Notes: generated by a model not told the origin, from the letters alone. A stretch of DNA of 64,000 nucleotides from the human T2T-CHM13v2.0 reference genome, Homo sapiens (GCF_009914755.1 NC_060931.1), one strand, 5' to 3'; positions 1 through 19,006 are shown, counted from the first letter of the stretch. Made by a program: numbers and translations.

Positions 1-70
1 ATAGTGCCACTGCACACCAGCCTGGGCAACAGAGCGAGACTCCGTCTCAAGAAAAAAAAAAAAAAGAAAA
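1..70 (+). mobile_element. Alu 3' end and poly(A)
   Basis: ccactgcacaccagcctgggcaacagagcgagactccgtctc plus A tail. Confidence 0.9.
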
Positions 71-137
71 TGTGTTGTTTTGTGTTTTCACAGCAATCTG
101 ACTGTGTGCACGTGAGGATACTTAAGAGAACACTGAC

Positions 138-272
138 CTGCTGGCCCACGTCGACCTTCGTGAAACTAAAGGTGCTAAGGTGGGTGTTTGCTCCCCGCAC
201 GGCTGGTTCTATAGTTTCTCGAAACAACTTCTCTATAAATTGGCTAATGAAAGGCCACATGTGTTTTACAGT
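138..272 (-). CDS. ESYT2: ESYT2 coding exon 3 (135 nt, phase 0/0), SMP-domain N-terminal part: TVKHMWPFISQFIEKLFRETIEPAVRGANTHLSTFSFTKVDVGQQ
   Basis: Manual minus-strand translation matches the remembered E-Syt2 sequence; acceptor ctttccag| at 274-273, donor |gtcagt at 137-136; 45 whole codons. Confidence 0.96.
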
Positions 273-583
273 CTGGAAAGGAAAAAGAACTCAGTTTAAA
301 CAAAATGCTATATAATGCATGACACACACGAGTGCTCGTGAGAAACCCTCGCAACAGACCAAACCTGGTTTTGAAAATAAAGGGCGGGAGGATCTTGTTG
401 TTATGCAAAATCAACATGATCTAAATTCTAAAAAGTTATTAGAAAAACCAACTACTGATTAACCAATATGTTGCAGGAACTAGTTATTCTGGTTAAATAT
501 GTCAGCACATTTAAAGATTTCTAGAAGTCCTGTGGTTTCAACTTGGTGCTGAAAACAACATTAATATTTATATAGTTCTTCAA

Positions 584-879
<296 letters not shown>

Positions 880-1233
880 CTGTTATTGATTATTGAATTT
901 CTTGTAAGTTATTTCTTTCTTTGTCATGTTTTTTAAAACTTATGATTGTTATAAAACAGACTTGAGCCCTGGCTGTTCAGAAAAGAAGACACATGGCCAG
1001 AGACACAAATATGCACATGCCTATACTTTTCTCAAGTCAAAGAGACAGTTCTCACTCTCTGGAAAGAAAAGAAATGCATTTGTTGTGACTGAGGTCTTTG
1101 CGGACCAGAAGCCAACCCACTAAAGTCCAAACGAGCTCAAATATTACCAACATGCAAATCCCCAAATATGGAAAGATGGTATCTCATCCTCCAATTCCAC
1201 TGATGGATGGTAGTTGGTATACTCTAATCTTAC

Positions 1234-1275
1234 CTTATTTAGCCATTCTGCTCTTTCAGTGTCTGGAAAATGAAC
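1234..1275 (-). CDS. ESYT2: ESYT2 coding exon 2 (42 nt): VHFPDTERAEWLNK
   Basis: Acceptor ttttcctcctag|, donor AAG|gtaaga; joins exon 1 (...DLPAW) to exon 3 (TVKHMW...) in frame. Confidence 0.96.
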
Positions 1276-1680
1276 CTAGGAGGAAAATACACACATATGA
1301 CTTATTAACTCCCAACAACTGTAAATAAAATGTCAAGCAGGCAATTTCATATTCTCATCATATGTCCTATGTTTACAAGATGCTTCTTTAAAACACTCTG
1401 CTCTAAAGCTTGGGAAACTGGTCTCCAAGGAGGGAAAGTGAAATGCATGGCACCCCAGCTCTTTACGTTCTGAGAACACAATGAGCAAAAAAGTTGTGTG
1501 TGGAAAATGCCATCAGAGTCTTCTCTGCACCCCACTGTCCAGAGGAAATTCACTGGAATCTGAAACATCATAAATTATACAAAACTGACCTCTACCTTTT
1601 TAAAAAAACATGTTTCTAATTTGTCAGTAGTATTATCATCATGTCCTGGCAATCTAGGCTCAGAGCCCCTACCCTTCCCA

Positions 1681-3132
<1,452 letters not shown>

Positions 3133-3135
<3 letters not shown>

Positions 3136-3370
3136 CATCACTGCCTCACTGTAGGCATGGGTGCCAACCCTTGCCTGTGTGGTGACATCAGCACCCCCCG
3201 AGTGGCACAGAAAGCACGTGCAGTGAGGCAGTGATGGACACGAGCACGGGAGGAGGCGGCACCCATGCCTGCAGTGAGGCAGTGATGGGCAGGAGCGTCG
3301 GAGGCGGCGGCACCCAAGCCTGCAGTGAGGCAGTGATGGACAGGAGCACGGGAGGAGCTGCCTGTAGTGC
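3133..3370. repeat. 51-bp tandem repeat x3 plus one inverted partial copy (3133-3165)
   Basis: gcagtgaggcagtgatgg at 3220, 3271, 3322; its reverse complement starts at 3135. Confidence 0.9.
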
Positions 3371-4472
3371 CCCATTCTATTCTGGAATGAACAGAGAAAC
3401 CCTCTGCCCAAATAAGCTTTGAATATAAGTGAACTGGCTTGTATTAGAATTTACTGGTTAACTGGCTTGTATTAGAATTTACACAAAGTGGCTTTGAAAA
3501 TCGAGCCGTCTCTTAGTAGTGTTATCCCAAGGCATTCAATAGTTCTGAGGTTTTTCATCTATGAGTGATTATCCCAATGTGCTAAAGAAAAAGAGAAAGA
3601 GAATATATCAGATTTGAACAAAGCAAATCTGTTACGAAATTTTAAATTCTGTTCACTAAGTCAAAAATCTGCTTCTCGCTAATACATATTCATAAACATT
3701 TGCTTATTTTGCATAAAACAGAATCTAAAGTAGCAAAAACATCACAGAGAAAGACTGGGACACACAGGGATCACAGAAAACACAGTCCTCAATCACACAG
3801 GAACACAGGAACACAGATTCGGTTTTAAATCTTATCTTTCAACTTAAAAAAAAGACTCAAATCTCTCTTAAGTTCTAATTATAAAACAAATTTCTGTATT
3901 TATATTATCTGTATGAACTAGAAATAATCATTGTACGATTATTCACGTTTCTATTATATTTGAGTTGACACCACCCGCAAAAATCTCTTTAATGTTATCT
4001 TTTAAAAGAACAAAGGCGTATTTTAGATTCTAATACGCTGCTGCTATTACCAAAGTTGTTTTGTTTAGAAAAATTAAACCAAATATACAAAGACAGAACA
4101 TTTAACTGTGCTCCAGGAACTCTACATACAATATTTTGTTTAATCCTCACCAGAACCTTTGAACAATTAGTGGCTCCATCTAACAGAAAACAAAACGCCT
4201 CGGGGGAACAGGTAGAATAAAGAGATCCAGACCCAAAGGACTCCAGAGTCCTTCCTGCTATGCCCTGCTGAAGTATACAGGATGGAATTGACATAACTGG
4301 TCAAAATTTTCTTGCCAATTAAATCATATTCTTCCTATATCCAAACATAAAAAAATTGACAGCTAACATTTAAAACAAAAATTAAGTAAAAGGAATGTCT
4401 TTCTTCAAACAACATTCCCCTTGAAGACCAGTATTAACAATCAGAACTTGCACAGGATTTTATTGTTCATAA

Positions 4473-4791
<319 letters not shown>

Positions 4792-5943
4792 TAAGCACTT
4801 TTAATTACAAAAAAAAGTACAGCAGGCACTTGACAGGGAATGTAGAGGAGTTATTTTAAAATTCCATTAACATTAGTAACACTGAAACATGCAGTATCAA
4901 TTCTGCTGACTCATTCCTTTTTAAAAATTAATAGCCTAGAATAAGTTTAGATAGGTAATGTCTGAGACAATATGAAGAAAGATGCTACACCTGAGGCATT
5001 GCTGATTTAATACCTTTAAGTAAAATTTAAAAGATAAATGGATAAAATGATTCTTTTAGAAACAAAATGCCACTAAACATGAAATCATGAACTTGCCAAT
5101 CAAGTTCATTTATTCAAGATTCTTCCTCATTCCAAGAAGGATTTGAGCTTTGCTCAATGCTGCATAACCCTTTAGGCACTATTTTAAAAAGAAAAAAACA
5201 AAACACACAAAATTCTTACTGGAAGCAATGGTTGGTTGCAGGGAAGAATTCTTTCCCTCTCTTAGACCACAACTAAAGGGGAAGGAAGAAGGAATCTGAG
5301 TCCCTGGCACAGCAATCGAGAGTGTGCCCTGGGGCAGGCCCCACCAGCATAGGTGGGGGCCAACGCGCCGTTCCCCGGAGCACACCTAAGTGAGAGGGTC
5401 ACCCATTTACTGGCCATCTGAAAACACCAACGTTCCTACACCACTTGGCTAGTTCTACGTTAAGCCTATAAAATGAACAACATCTAAGCGGGTAGCTTTG
5501 TTTCCTTGTGTAAAATCAACACAGTCTCAAAAATGGAACAGATAAGGCAAAAAGGACCAGAGAACCTCGGTTCTACAAGAACATGAGACGCCTCTTCTTT
5601 ATCAGTTACATCACAATAGAAATCGGAAACTCTGGTTTCTAGAAGCCTTTAGGCAAGCAACACACCCTTACTTGGAAGCACTCAGCATACTACAGGTTTA
5701 CTTAAACAGATGTGGCCTGCGTTCAAATAATTCAGTCTGGAGAAATACTAAAAACGTTAAATATTTAAAATGTTTTATATTGTTCTCTCTGAATATGAAT
5801 TAAAGTCAGCGCAAATGGTCAAAAAGACTTGCAGAAAGTTAAAACTGCCCAGAAAATTTTGGTTCACACACAGCACAACAAAAGGGAGTCCAAGGTTCTA
5901 ACACACACAGAACACCTTCCTGGAGCAGCCAGGACTTGGGGAC

Positions 5944-6780
5944 TGCTGAGAAAGGTGAGGCGCGCGACAAACCCAAACCGCCGAGAAGGGTGAGGCGCGC
6001 GGCAAACCCAAACCGCCGAGAAGGGTGAGGCGCGCGACAAACCCAAACCGTTGAGAAGGGTGAGGCGCGCGACAAACCCAAACCGCCGAGAAGGGTGAGG
6101 CGCGCGACAAACCCAAACCGCCGAGAAGGGTGAGGCGCGCGACAAACCCAAACCGCCGAGAAGGGTGAGGCGCGCGACAAACCCAAACCGCCGAGAAGGG
6201 TGAGGCGCGCGACAAACCCAAACCGCCGAGAAGGGTGAGGCGCGCGACAAACCCAAACCGCCGAGAAGGGTGAGGCGCGTGACAAACCCAAACTGTTGAG
6301 AAGGGTGAGGCGAGTGACAAACCCAAACCGTTGAGAAAAGTGAGGCACGTGACAAACCCAAACTGCCGAGAAAGGTGAGGCGTGTGACAAACCCAAACTG
6401 CCGAGAAGGGTGAGGCGCGTGACAAACCCAAACTGCTGAGAAAAGTGAGGCGCGCGACAAACCCAAACTGCCGAGAAGGGTGAGGCGTGTGATAAACCCA
6501 AACTGCCGAGAAAGGTGAGGTGTGTGACAAACCCAAAGTGCTGAGAAAGGTGAGGCGCGTGACAAACCCAAAGTGCTGAGAAAAGTGAGGCACGTGACAA
6601 ACCCAAACTGTTGACAAGGGTGAGGCGCGTGACAAACCCGAACTGCTGAGAAAAGTGAGGCGCTTGATAAACCCAAACTGCCGAGAAAGGTGAGGTGTGT
6701 GACAAACCCAAACTGTTGAGAAAGGTGAGGCGCGTGAAAAACACAAGCTGCCGAGAAGGGTGAGGTGCATGAAAAACCCA
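5944..6780. repeat. 35-bp CpG-rich minisatellite, 24 copies (gagaagggtgaggcgcgcgacaaacccaaaccgcc)
   Basis: gtgagg at 5955 and 6760, exactly 23 x 35 apart. Confidence 0.97.
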
Positions 6781-7986
6781 AGGCCTCATTCAGTGCTTTC
6801 CAAGAAAGCTGGTGTCCTGCACTGGAGGGAAGAGAAGCACTTCTGTGGGGCCTGGGGAAAAGCAACTCAGAGCCACCTCTTCATATTATCAGATTATGAT
6901 GAGAAAAAGTATTAGGGACAGTATTCCTGACAGTGGACGAGACTTCCAGGCACACGGCGCTTCAATGTTTAGAACTGTAAGGCACGAGGATCTGACGGAG
7001 CACTTGTTAGCTCTCCACATCAGTGGCGATCTCTGCTCGTCCCCACAGCTGGGCTGCTGAACTTAGCAGTAGAGTGACTTAAATATAATTTGGTACCAAC
7101 ACAAATTTGTGCCTTCTGATCTTTGTATAATCAAATGTCTTTACTCATCTCCCAAACTATCTGTCCCTCCTCAAGATCCTCAAATCCTATCTGCCTGTCT
7201 TCTCTAGAGACTTTGGTCAGTATTCATGGAAACTGAAAAAGCAGGTTAGAAATCTTGATTAAATGGTATTTTTTTCAAAGATATTAGGATGCTTTATCCA
7301 AATAGTTGCTTCTACAAAGAAAGTAGTCAAGGTTAAAAAGGTAGAGAGGAATCTAAAAACATCTGTCAACCCTGTAATAAGCTGTCACAGTATGGTCAAA
7401 TTACTACCTCCAATAGTAAAAGGAAATTGCAGAAGATAACCATTTTTATCTATTTCTAGTCTACATAAAAAGCAGGCCATCAATTAATTCACACAGTAAA
7501 TAAAGCAATTGATCTTTTCCAAAATCCACAAGGTTGTAATTTTCTCTGTGGTTTATGGGCTTCGATTACTGCAACAGAGTAACTGGATACCCTAATGCTT
7601 TGGTGCAATGACACTGCTTAAAAATCCATCTGTTTAAGGTCATTTCTTAACAGAAAACATTTTCAAAATTCTCCCCAGGTGCTTTTTACATTAATGAGAA
7701 ATTTCACTAGGAAATCCGAAAAGACACTAATATCCCTGAAGTTTTTAACTGAGACCACAGGTAGTGATCATGGTCACTCCTTGACTTTCTCACCACAAAT
7801 CAAATGGTGTTGTCTACCAGAGCTATGGCAAATTGTTGCTTTCTTATGTCACCTAAAACTCTTAACAGTGTAAAATAAGGACTCTTGCCACGAAAGGAAT
7901 GACGGCTGAGCCACAGCTGTGGCCACCATGGGCCCCAGGGACACAGGGCTCTTTTGGCCTGAAGGAGGACACTGGCAGCAGAGCCG

Positions 7987-8138
7987 GCGCCGGGGCACAC
8001 CGCGTGGGAGGCGCCGGGGCACACCGCGTGGGAGGCGCCGGGGCACACCGCGTGGGAGGCGCCGGGGCACACCGCGTGGGAGGTGCCGGGGCACACCGCG
8101 TGGGAGGCGCTGGCGCACAATGCGTAGGAGGCACTGGC
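7987..8138. repeat. 24-bp GC-rich minisatellite, ~6 copies (gccggggcacaccgcgtgggaggc)
   Basis: gcgtgggagg at 8002, 8026, 8050, 8074, 8098; degenerate copy at 8122. Confidence 0.97.
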
Positions 8139-9020
8139 CTTGAGAGGGCTTCCTCACTGTTTGCAACACTTCATCACTATTTCTTCATTAGACAAGTGAC
8201 CATCACCTATTCTGGTAGATCAGAAAACAGAGTCAAAGAAAAACTTAAAAACTAGGTTGATCCCAGCATACCTTTCATAACAAAGCTGTCTAAGTCACTT
8301 GAAATCCAAGTCTTAAATTCCTAAGAGAACGTACCCTGAATTTCATGTTATATCTGACATATACTCTTCCTCTATCCATTTATTTTTTAAAGGGGTTAAG
8401 CCCCCTTTTAGTGCATGCGTGAAATATTAGGAGAATTTAAACCAGGACTAATATTCAATGGCAGAGTCAAAACAGGGATGCCTCACAGCTTCTACTCAGG
8501 AGAACAGGGTATCCCTTCATGGAAACACTAACGTCAACAGACTTATTTACATATAAACACGTCCGTGAAGAATATTTTTCAAAGATTTGAAGCATATTCT
8601 CACAAAATTCTGAAGTCCTTTAGACATTTTCCTGTCTCTGCTAAAAGAAAGGTCACACAATTATTTCATAATCGTGATTTAAGCTGAAGTTCTGGCATGA
8701 GTTACATCAATATCACAAATTAAAATGAGTCCAAGAATAGGAAATCTGTCTTCTCATCTCCTCCACTGAAACACCTAAGACAATCCGGTTGTTTTTATTT
8801 TAAATTTAAATCAAATGAATATTAATTCAAATATACACGCTTATGTTTTGACTGGAATGGATTAAAAGATAGATGGGCAATTGTAGCACTGAATTAATTG
8901 CATATATTCTGTATACTACTTAAATGAATCCAGCTTTGTGTGACTATATACATAGTATATATAGTTTATTCTAATATATATATATGAGAAACTACATGAG
9001 ATTGTAAAAACAGGGTTATT

Positions 9021-9249
<229 letters not shown>

Positions 9250-9614
9250 CTAAAAATCTATCTACATGGATTCAGAATTAACATCGGACTTAAAATTTAT
9301 CTGTGAATTTTACATTTTGAAGAAATAAGTTTATGTATCTCCTAGGAGCTTAACTTTATTCTCATGCAGATAGGAAATTATCGCGACTTATGAGAAGGAG
9401 GTCGGAAATTTACCACCCTAAAACTTACTGTTTCCTTTTTAATTATTTATTTGTACACAATGAAGAAACAGTAAATAATCAGACACATGAAAACACTAGT
9501 ACTTTTTTCCTGAATATGTTCATTACCTTCACTGGATGTTCGATACCAAGGTTCCAGAACATCTTTCCCAATTATAGCCTGTGTGCCTCACTGCTGTTTG
9601 CTGTTACACATTCC

Positions 9615-9900
9615 CCATAAAGGGTCAGACAGGAAATATCTGGGGCACTTACGGGCCATGAGGTCTCTGTCACTACAACTCAACCACAGTTGGAGTATGA
9701 ACTAATGAGCACGGCTGTGTTCCAAAAGAACTTTAATATGGTCACTGAAATTTGAATTTCATAACATTTTCACCTCCTACAAATTACTTTCTTCCAGCCA
9801 TTAAAAAATGTAAAAGCTGTTCACTGGCCACAAAAACAAAAAGGAGGCCAGGCCATGAGCTGAGGCTTGCTGCCCGCTGAGAGGGATGCGCAAACCCGCA
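9615..9900. mobile_element. MER58-like hAT DNA transposon remnant
   Basis: agggtcagacaggaaatat...gggccatgaggtctctgtcactacaactcaa resembles the remembered MER58 consensus. Confidence 0.6.
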
Positions 9901-10090
9901 AAAGGATGGCGCCACGGGGTAGGGCCGTCCAGCCTCTCTCTCCAGAGAGCAGGCCCCACAGCTCCAGGTGCAGAAAAATGTCTGCCAAACATTCCTTTTT
10001 TTATTAGAAATACCCCAAATCTTAACATTGGGGTAACTAAAGTGTTTGAAAACTGAACCCACTGACCTGGATCCAATTTGTTACCTATTA

Positions 10091-11096
10091 CAGAAATCCC
10101 CTACTTATCGGCAGTTCCACTGTGATTTCAATCACCCGCAGTCAACCAAGGTCAGAAAATATTAAATGGAAACTTCCAGAAACAAACAATTCGTCAGTTT
10201 TAAACCGCATGCTGTTCTGAGTAAGGTGATGAAATCTCACTCTGTCCAGCTCGAGACACGAGCCCCGTCCGGCACGTTCGCGCCGAGCATGCTCCCGCCC
10301 ACTCACCTGTGCTGTCTTGATCGTCAGCTCAAGTGTCGTGGGATCGACGTGCTCATTTCAAGTCACCTTTATTTTACTTAATGGCCCAAAACACACCAAC
10401 AGTGATGTTGGCCATTCAGATATGCCAAAGAGAAGCCATTGAGTGCTTCCTTTAAGTGAAAAGGTGAAAGTTCTCGACTTACTAAGTATCATACGCTGAG
10501 GTTGCTAAGATGTAAGAACGAATCTTCCATCTGTGAAACTGAAGAAGGAAAATAATTTCATGCTAGTTTTGCTGTCACATGTCAAACTTTAAGATGGAAA
10601 AGGCATTAAATTTGTGGCTGGGGCCTGGCACAGGGGCTCACATCTGTAATCCCAGGACTTTGCCTGTAATCCCAGCACTTTGGGAGGCTGAGGCCGGCAG
10701 ATCACTTGAGGTCAGGAGTTCAAGACCAGGCTGGCCAACATGCGAAATCCCATCTCTACTAAAAAAAAAAAAAAAAAAATTAACGAGGTGTGGTGGTGGG
10801 CACCTGTAGTCCCAGCTACTTGGGAGGGGCTGAGCCACGAGAATTGCTTGAACTCGGGTGGCAGAGGTTGCAGTGAGCCGAGACTGCGCCATTACACTCC
10901 AGCCTGGGTGACAGAGTGAGATTCTATCTCAGAAAACAACAACAACAACAAAACAAAACAAAACCAATAAATAAACAAATAAGTTTGTGGGTAGAAGACA
11001 AAACAGATGTTCTGATTGACAGCAACTGGGTTTGGTACTATCTTGTTTCACTGGGGATCTTGGAAAATATCCCCCACAGATAAGGGGGGGCTACTG
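10091..11096 (+). mobile_element. MER44 (Tigger7-derived) DNA transposon with an Alu inserted at ~10621-10975
   Basis: Terminal inverted repeats cagaaatcccctacttatc / gataagggggggctactg, each flanked by TA. Confidence 0.8.
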
Positions 11097-11114
11097 TAGT
11101 AAACTTTGGATCAC

Positions 11115-12965
<1,851 letters not shown>

Positions 12966-14329
12966 AACAAAAGGGGTAAGGCGCAGTGGCTCAAGCCTGT
13001 AATCCCAGCACTCTGGGACGCCAAGGTGGGAGGATCACTTGAGCCCAGGAGGTCAAGACTGCGGTGAGCCATGATTGCACCACTGCACTCCAGCGTGGCA
13101 ACAGAATGACACTGTCTCTTAAAAAATAAAAAATAAAAAATTAAAATTAAGAAAAAAGAAATGAATATCTCAATCTATAAAACACATACTGCTTTTACCA
13201 TGGCCCATTTATTTTAATTAGATACTTCCCCAAATAATAACAGAACCAAGTAAGTAGAGCCAGAGGACCCAAAGTAAATCAGTGGCCTAATTCAGAGTTC
13301 CTTGTTCGTGGCTTAACCAACCAACAAAGGTACCCAGTGAGCTATCTGGTCCTTAAAGAGCACATGGCTCAGCTCAGTGATAAATGAGGGGCAAAGCCAT
13401 TCCATTGTGGGTCCCAAATTATCTGCCAAACTAGTTAATCACTGAGAAATACATCAGAACTGAAATATTTGGTGAGACCATAAAGATGAACCATGCGCGT
13501 TCACAGGAACACACAGGCGCATGAACACAAGCTCCCGCACATGTGCACAGGCCGCCACAGCTCACACACACACCTGCAAACACTGGAAACATTGCAGGAT
13601 TCAGGGGAGGCGGAGACCACAGAGTGGTGAGTCAACTTTCTATGGCTGTTCTCCTTCAAGGTTGTGCTACAAGAGGTTGAGAAATCCAGAGAAATGTGGC
13701 TGAGATTCAAAGAAGCCAACAGGGTTTATGGACGTCTCAGGAGACTGGCGGGACAAGAACTGGAGTCTGGGTCAGCTAAACAACCAGAATCTGAGGGGCC
13801 AAGATCCCTGAAAGAGGAAAGTGGGAAGAAGGGTACAGTCTCTTTCAAGAGGAATTTGCTAAATTCCTAAGCTACCCAGGGCAAGAGGCTAGCCTCGAAG
13901 GAGCAAAACAGAGCTTCTGGCAAGATGCTGTACTGAGAAAGCACAAACTGGACTTTGGGACAGACCAGGAGGCACTTAGGAAACACTGCAGACTCCCAGT
14001 CACAACATCTGGAGGGCTGGGCCTTACAGCAGAGAGTATCAGAGGCAGCCACAGCTTCCCCCTGCCACACAGCCACAGGCCGGCTCAGACCCACCCTGGA
14101 GAGGGCAGCCTGTGCCCACTCTGCCTTCCAGAGGACGGGGGAGCCCCTCTGGAGGAGTACATGCTTCAGAGCAGGGATGGGCTTGGGCTGGCTCCTGCTC
14201 ACAGCCACTTCGCCGAGACTGCTAAGTTCTGAGGTGTGAATATTCCCACTATGGCCAATTTCAAGCTACCAAATGACCTAACTGAATGTGGAGGTGGAAG
14301 AAATGCACAAAATCATGTAAAGGTGGTAC

Positions 14330-15660
14330 TAGTCAGTCATCGGGGAGATGTAAGTCAGAGCCACAGTGACTCCCACTTTACATCCACTAGGACAGCAATA
14401 ACAATAAAAACAGAAAAACACAAGTGTTGGCAAGGATGTGGAGGAATTCAACCTTCATATATTGCTGGGGAGAATGTAAAATGGTACAGGCATTGTGAAA
14501 ACAGTTTGGCATTCCTCAAAATGTTAAACATAGACCCAACAATTCTATTCCTAGGTATATACTCAAAAGAACTGAAAATGGATATTCAAACAAAAACGTG
14601 TACATGAATGTTCATCGCAGCACCATTCAAAACAGCCAAAAGGTGGAAACAACCCGAATGGCCATTGTGGATGAATGGATAATCAAACTGTGGTACCGGA
14701 ATATTCAGCCTTAAAGAGATGATACACTGGTATACGCTACAATGCAAATTAACCTCAAAACTAAGCTAACTGAAAGAAGCCACACATAAAAGATCACACA
14801 CATATTACATGCCTCCGTTTACAGGAAATATCCAGAACAGGTAAACCCACAGATACAAAGCAGATGTGGTTGCCATGGGTTGGGGGAGGGGAAACAGGGT
14901 GTGACCACGAATGGGCACAAAACAGGGTTCCTTTTAGGGCAGAGAAAATGTTTTGGAACCAGAGAGAGGTGATGATTACACTACATGTAAAGGTAGTAAA
15001 TGGCACTGAATTGTGTCCTTTAAAATGGTTTTATGTTTGAATTTATTGCAATAAAAATGAAACAAATGAGCTATCAAGCAATGAAAAGACACAGAAGAAC
15101 CTAAAATGCATATTTCTAGGTGAAATAAACCAATCTGAAAAGGCCAATACTTTATAATTCCAATATATGACATTCTAGAAAGGGCAAAACTATGTAAAAA
15201 GATCAGTAAGCACAGGCAGACGGACAGGAAGAGTTGAATTGAAGCACAGAAGATTTTAGGGCAGCAAAACTACTTCGTATGACATTGTAATAGCTGATAC
15301 ATGCCATTACCCATTTGTCAAGATCCACGGAATGTACAACACTGAAAATGAGCTGTACTGTAAACTGTGGGCTTCAGACTAGTATTAAACATATCAACTC
15401 GGGCTCATTAGTTGTGACAGACATAGCAAAGGAAGTTGTAAGAAGGGATGTGGGGGCTCTGTATTATCTGCTCAATTTTTCTGGAAATCCAGAATTGTTC
15501 TAAAAAATGAAGTCTATTAATTTAACTAAGTGAAACGGAAATAAATACCTTTCCAGACAAAAATTGAGAAAATCCATTGCTAGTAGACTTGCACTAAAAG
15601 AAATACTAAAGTAAGTTTTTCAGGCAGGAGGAAAATCATCCCAGACAAAACGTGTTAACA
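14330..15660 (+). mobile_element. Old L1 fragments
   Basis: caagtgttggcaaggatgtggagg, gtaaaatggtacaggc...gaaaacagtttggc, typical L1 3' region. Confidence 0.78.
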
Positions 15661-15696
15661 GTAAGAAGGAAACAAAGACCAAGGGAGAGCACCTCT

Positions 15697-16490
<794 letters not shown>

Positions 16491-17894
16491 CACAGTCTGG
16501 CTGTCACCTCCTAACGTATTTAAGAATGCTAACAGTATATAAACTTAAAACACCCAGAGAAACTCCCACTGGCTAACAAGGTGGTGGCTTATTCACTTGC
16601 ATTGGTTTTGCTCTTCTAGAAACAGTAACCTGCCACCACCCTGGTGTCTCTGGTGCCTTCTGCAAAGCACAGGTTTTATGGGCTGGGCCCAGCTCCCAGG
16701 GCACTGAGTATGGCCAGGCGGGTACACCTGACTTGTACTGGGGTGACTGCAGGGTCTCTCAGACCTTAGCTCCTCCTCTGAAGAGCGGAAATGACATACA
16801 ATTCTCTTGGGGTTGTAAAAATGACTAGATTAGATGGTGCCAAATCCCCAGTTCCTCCCCTACTGCCATCAAGAGAGAGGAGAGAGCAGAGAATGCAAGG
16901 GAGTGCACAGACCTCACAGGTCAAGGGCTGCCTTGCTCACCTCTGACATTAGCAGAGCTTGTTTCCTTACCTGTAAAACAAAGGTGGCGGGTTAGCTGTG
17001 AGGTTTAAATGACTTCCATGTAAAGAGTTAGAAGAGAGCCTGCAATGAGTGCTAAGCACATTCACCGTTTGTTTTCTCACGGGTTTTCTGTTACACTCCT
17101 CCGAGTGCAGAGAGGCAGCTCCCTTGTGAAGCTATCCACACGGTCTTCCGCCTCTCGCTTGCCTGTCTCCTGTCTCTCCAGGGAGGTGCTGGCTGCTGTT
17201 GGGCTGAGTCCTCTTGGAACTTCCTTGGGTTTCTTACACCAACATTAAAGACTGAAGTAATCTCCCACCGCAGCCCCAGCCTCAAACTACTGCTCCTATT
17301 GTTCCAGCCATCATTTCTACACCCTGGGGTGGTTGTTCACATTCCTGGCTCACTCATCTATCTTCCTTCCTCCCCAAAGCTATTCCCCTGACATTCAGGC
17401 ACACTCCTTCCCCCTCATGCTTAGATATGTGTCCCCAGTCCCTCTGGATATCCCTGCCAAATGTATCTTGCTAAACCCCCCTTTTAAATTGGGACACATC
17501 CCTCTAGTGGATATCTGGATGCTGCCCTGTGTCTAGGGATCAAGCCCAACTCTTCCACTTGTGTAACTTATGGTGCTGCTTCCTGTGGTCATCTCAGTTC
17601 CCACAGTTCCTAACCCTTCTTCCCACTGCACAGCTCCTCCTCATCCCACCTCTGAAAGACCACATCCAACCTCAGACACCAGGACTACAGCCAAAAATGG
17701 AAAAAAACCTTAGTATTGAATCCAAGATGTGATCAATTATAAGCTGCACCATCACTTTATGTGCCACTAAGAGCACAGTCCATTAACAGTGATACACCCT
17801 TGTAAAATAAATCTGATTTCTGAGATGTTACGGCACGGGGAAAGTGCTGGAACTAAGCCTTCCTGGCTCCTGAATACTCCAAGAAACAGGGTAG

Positions 17895-18610
<716 letters not shown>

Positions 18611-19006
18611 GTCATCCTTTCCCTCCTGCTCCAGTACTCACGTTGACATCTACGGAGCATTTCTTTTAAAACTTTGCTTCACACACAGCACCATTTGTGA
18701 TTAAGTAAAATCAATTCTTTCTACTAGTTACTGGATAAATTCCAAGATCTTTATATGTGTGAAAAAATAAGTAGGAAGAGTATTGTTACTTTGTATTGGA
18801 TTACATTTGGAGTTTCGGTTTCAAAAGTCTAGCACTCAGATATTAATGTAGACGGTGTTAACAAATTTTAGGTACGCACTTACTAGCCATTTAAAGATTT
18901 GTAGCACAAATGAAATAAATTAATGATCTCAGTAGGCAATTCACTTCTAATTGTGTATAAATATCAACACCAGCTTTATATAACATTTTACAAATTGGGT
19001 ACAAAG

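Noticed and set aside
3432-3482. 28-bp period duplication (aactggcttgtattagaattta x2); also tggacagtatc x3 near 49672-49728 and ctttgacgtag x2 near 63309
   Set aside because: Ordinary small slippage duplications with no further supporting structure.
5839-6865. Three long minus-strand ORFs (290-333 aa) as protein-coding genes
   Set aside because: They are translations of the 35-bp minisatellite; no promoter, recognisable domain or exon structure.
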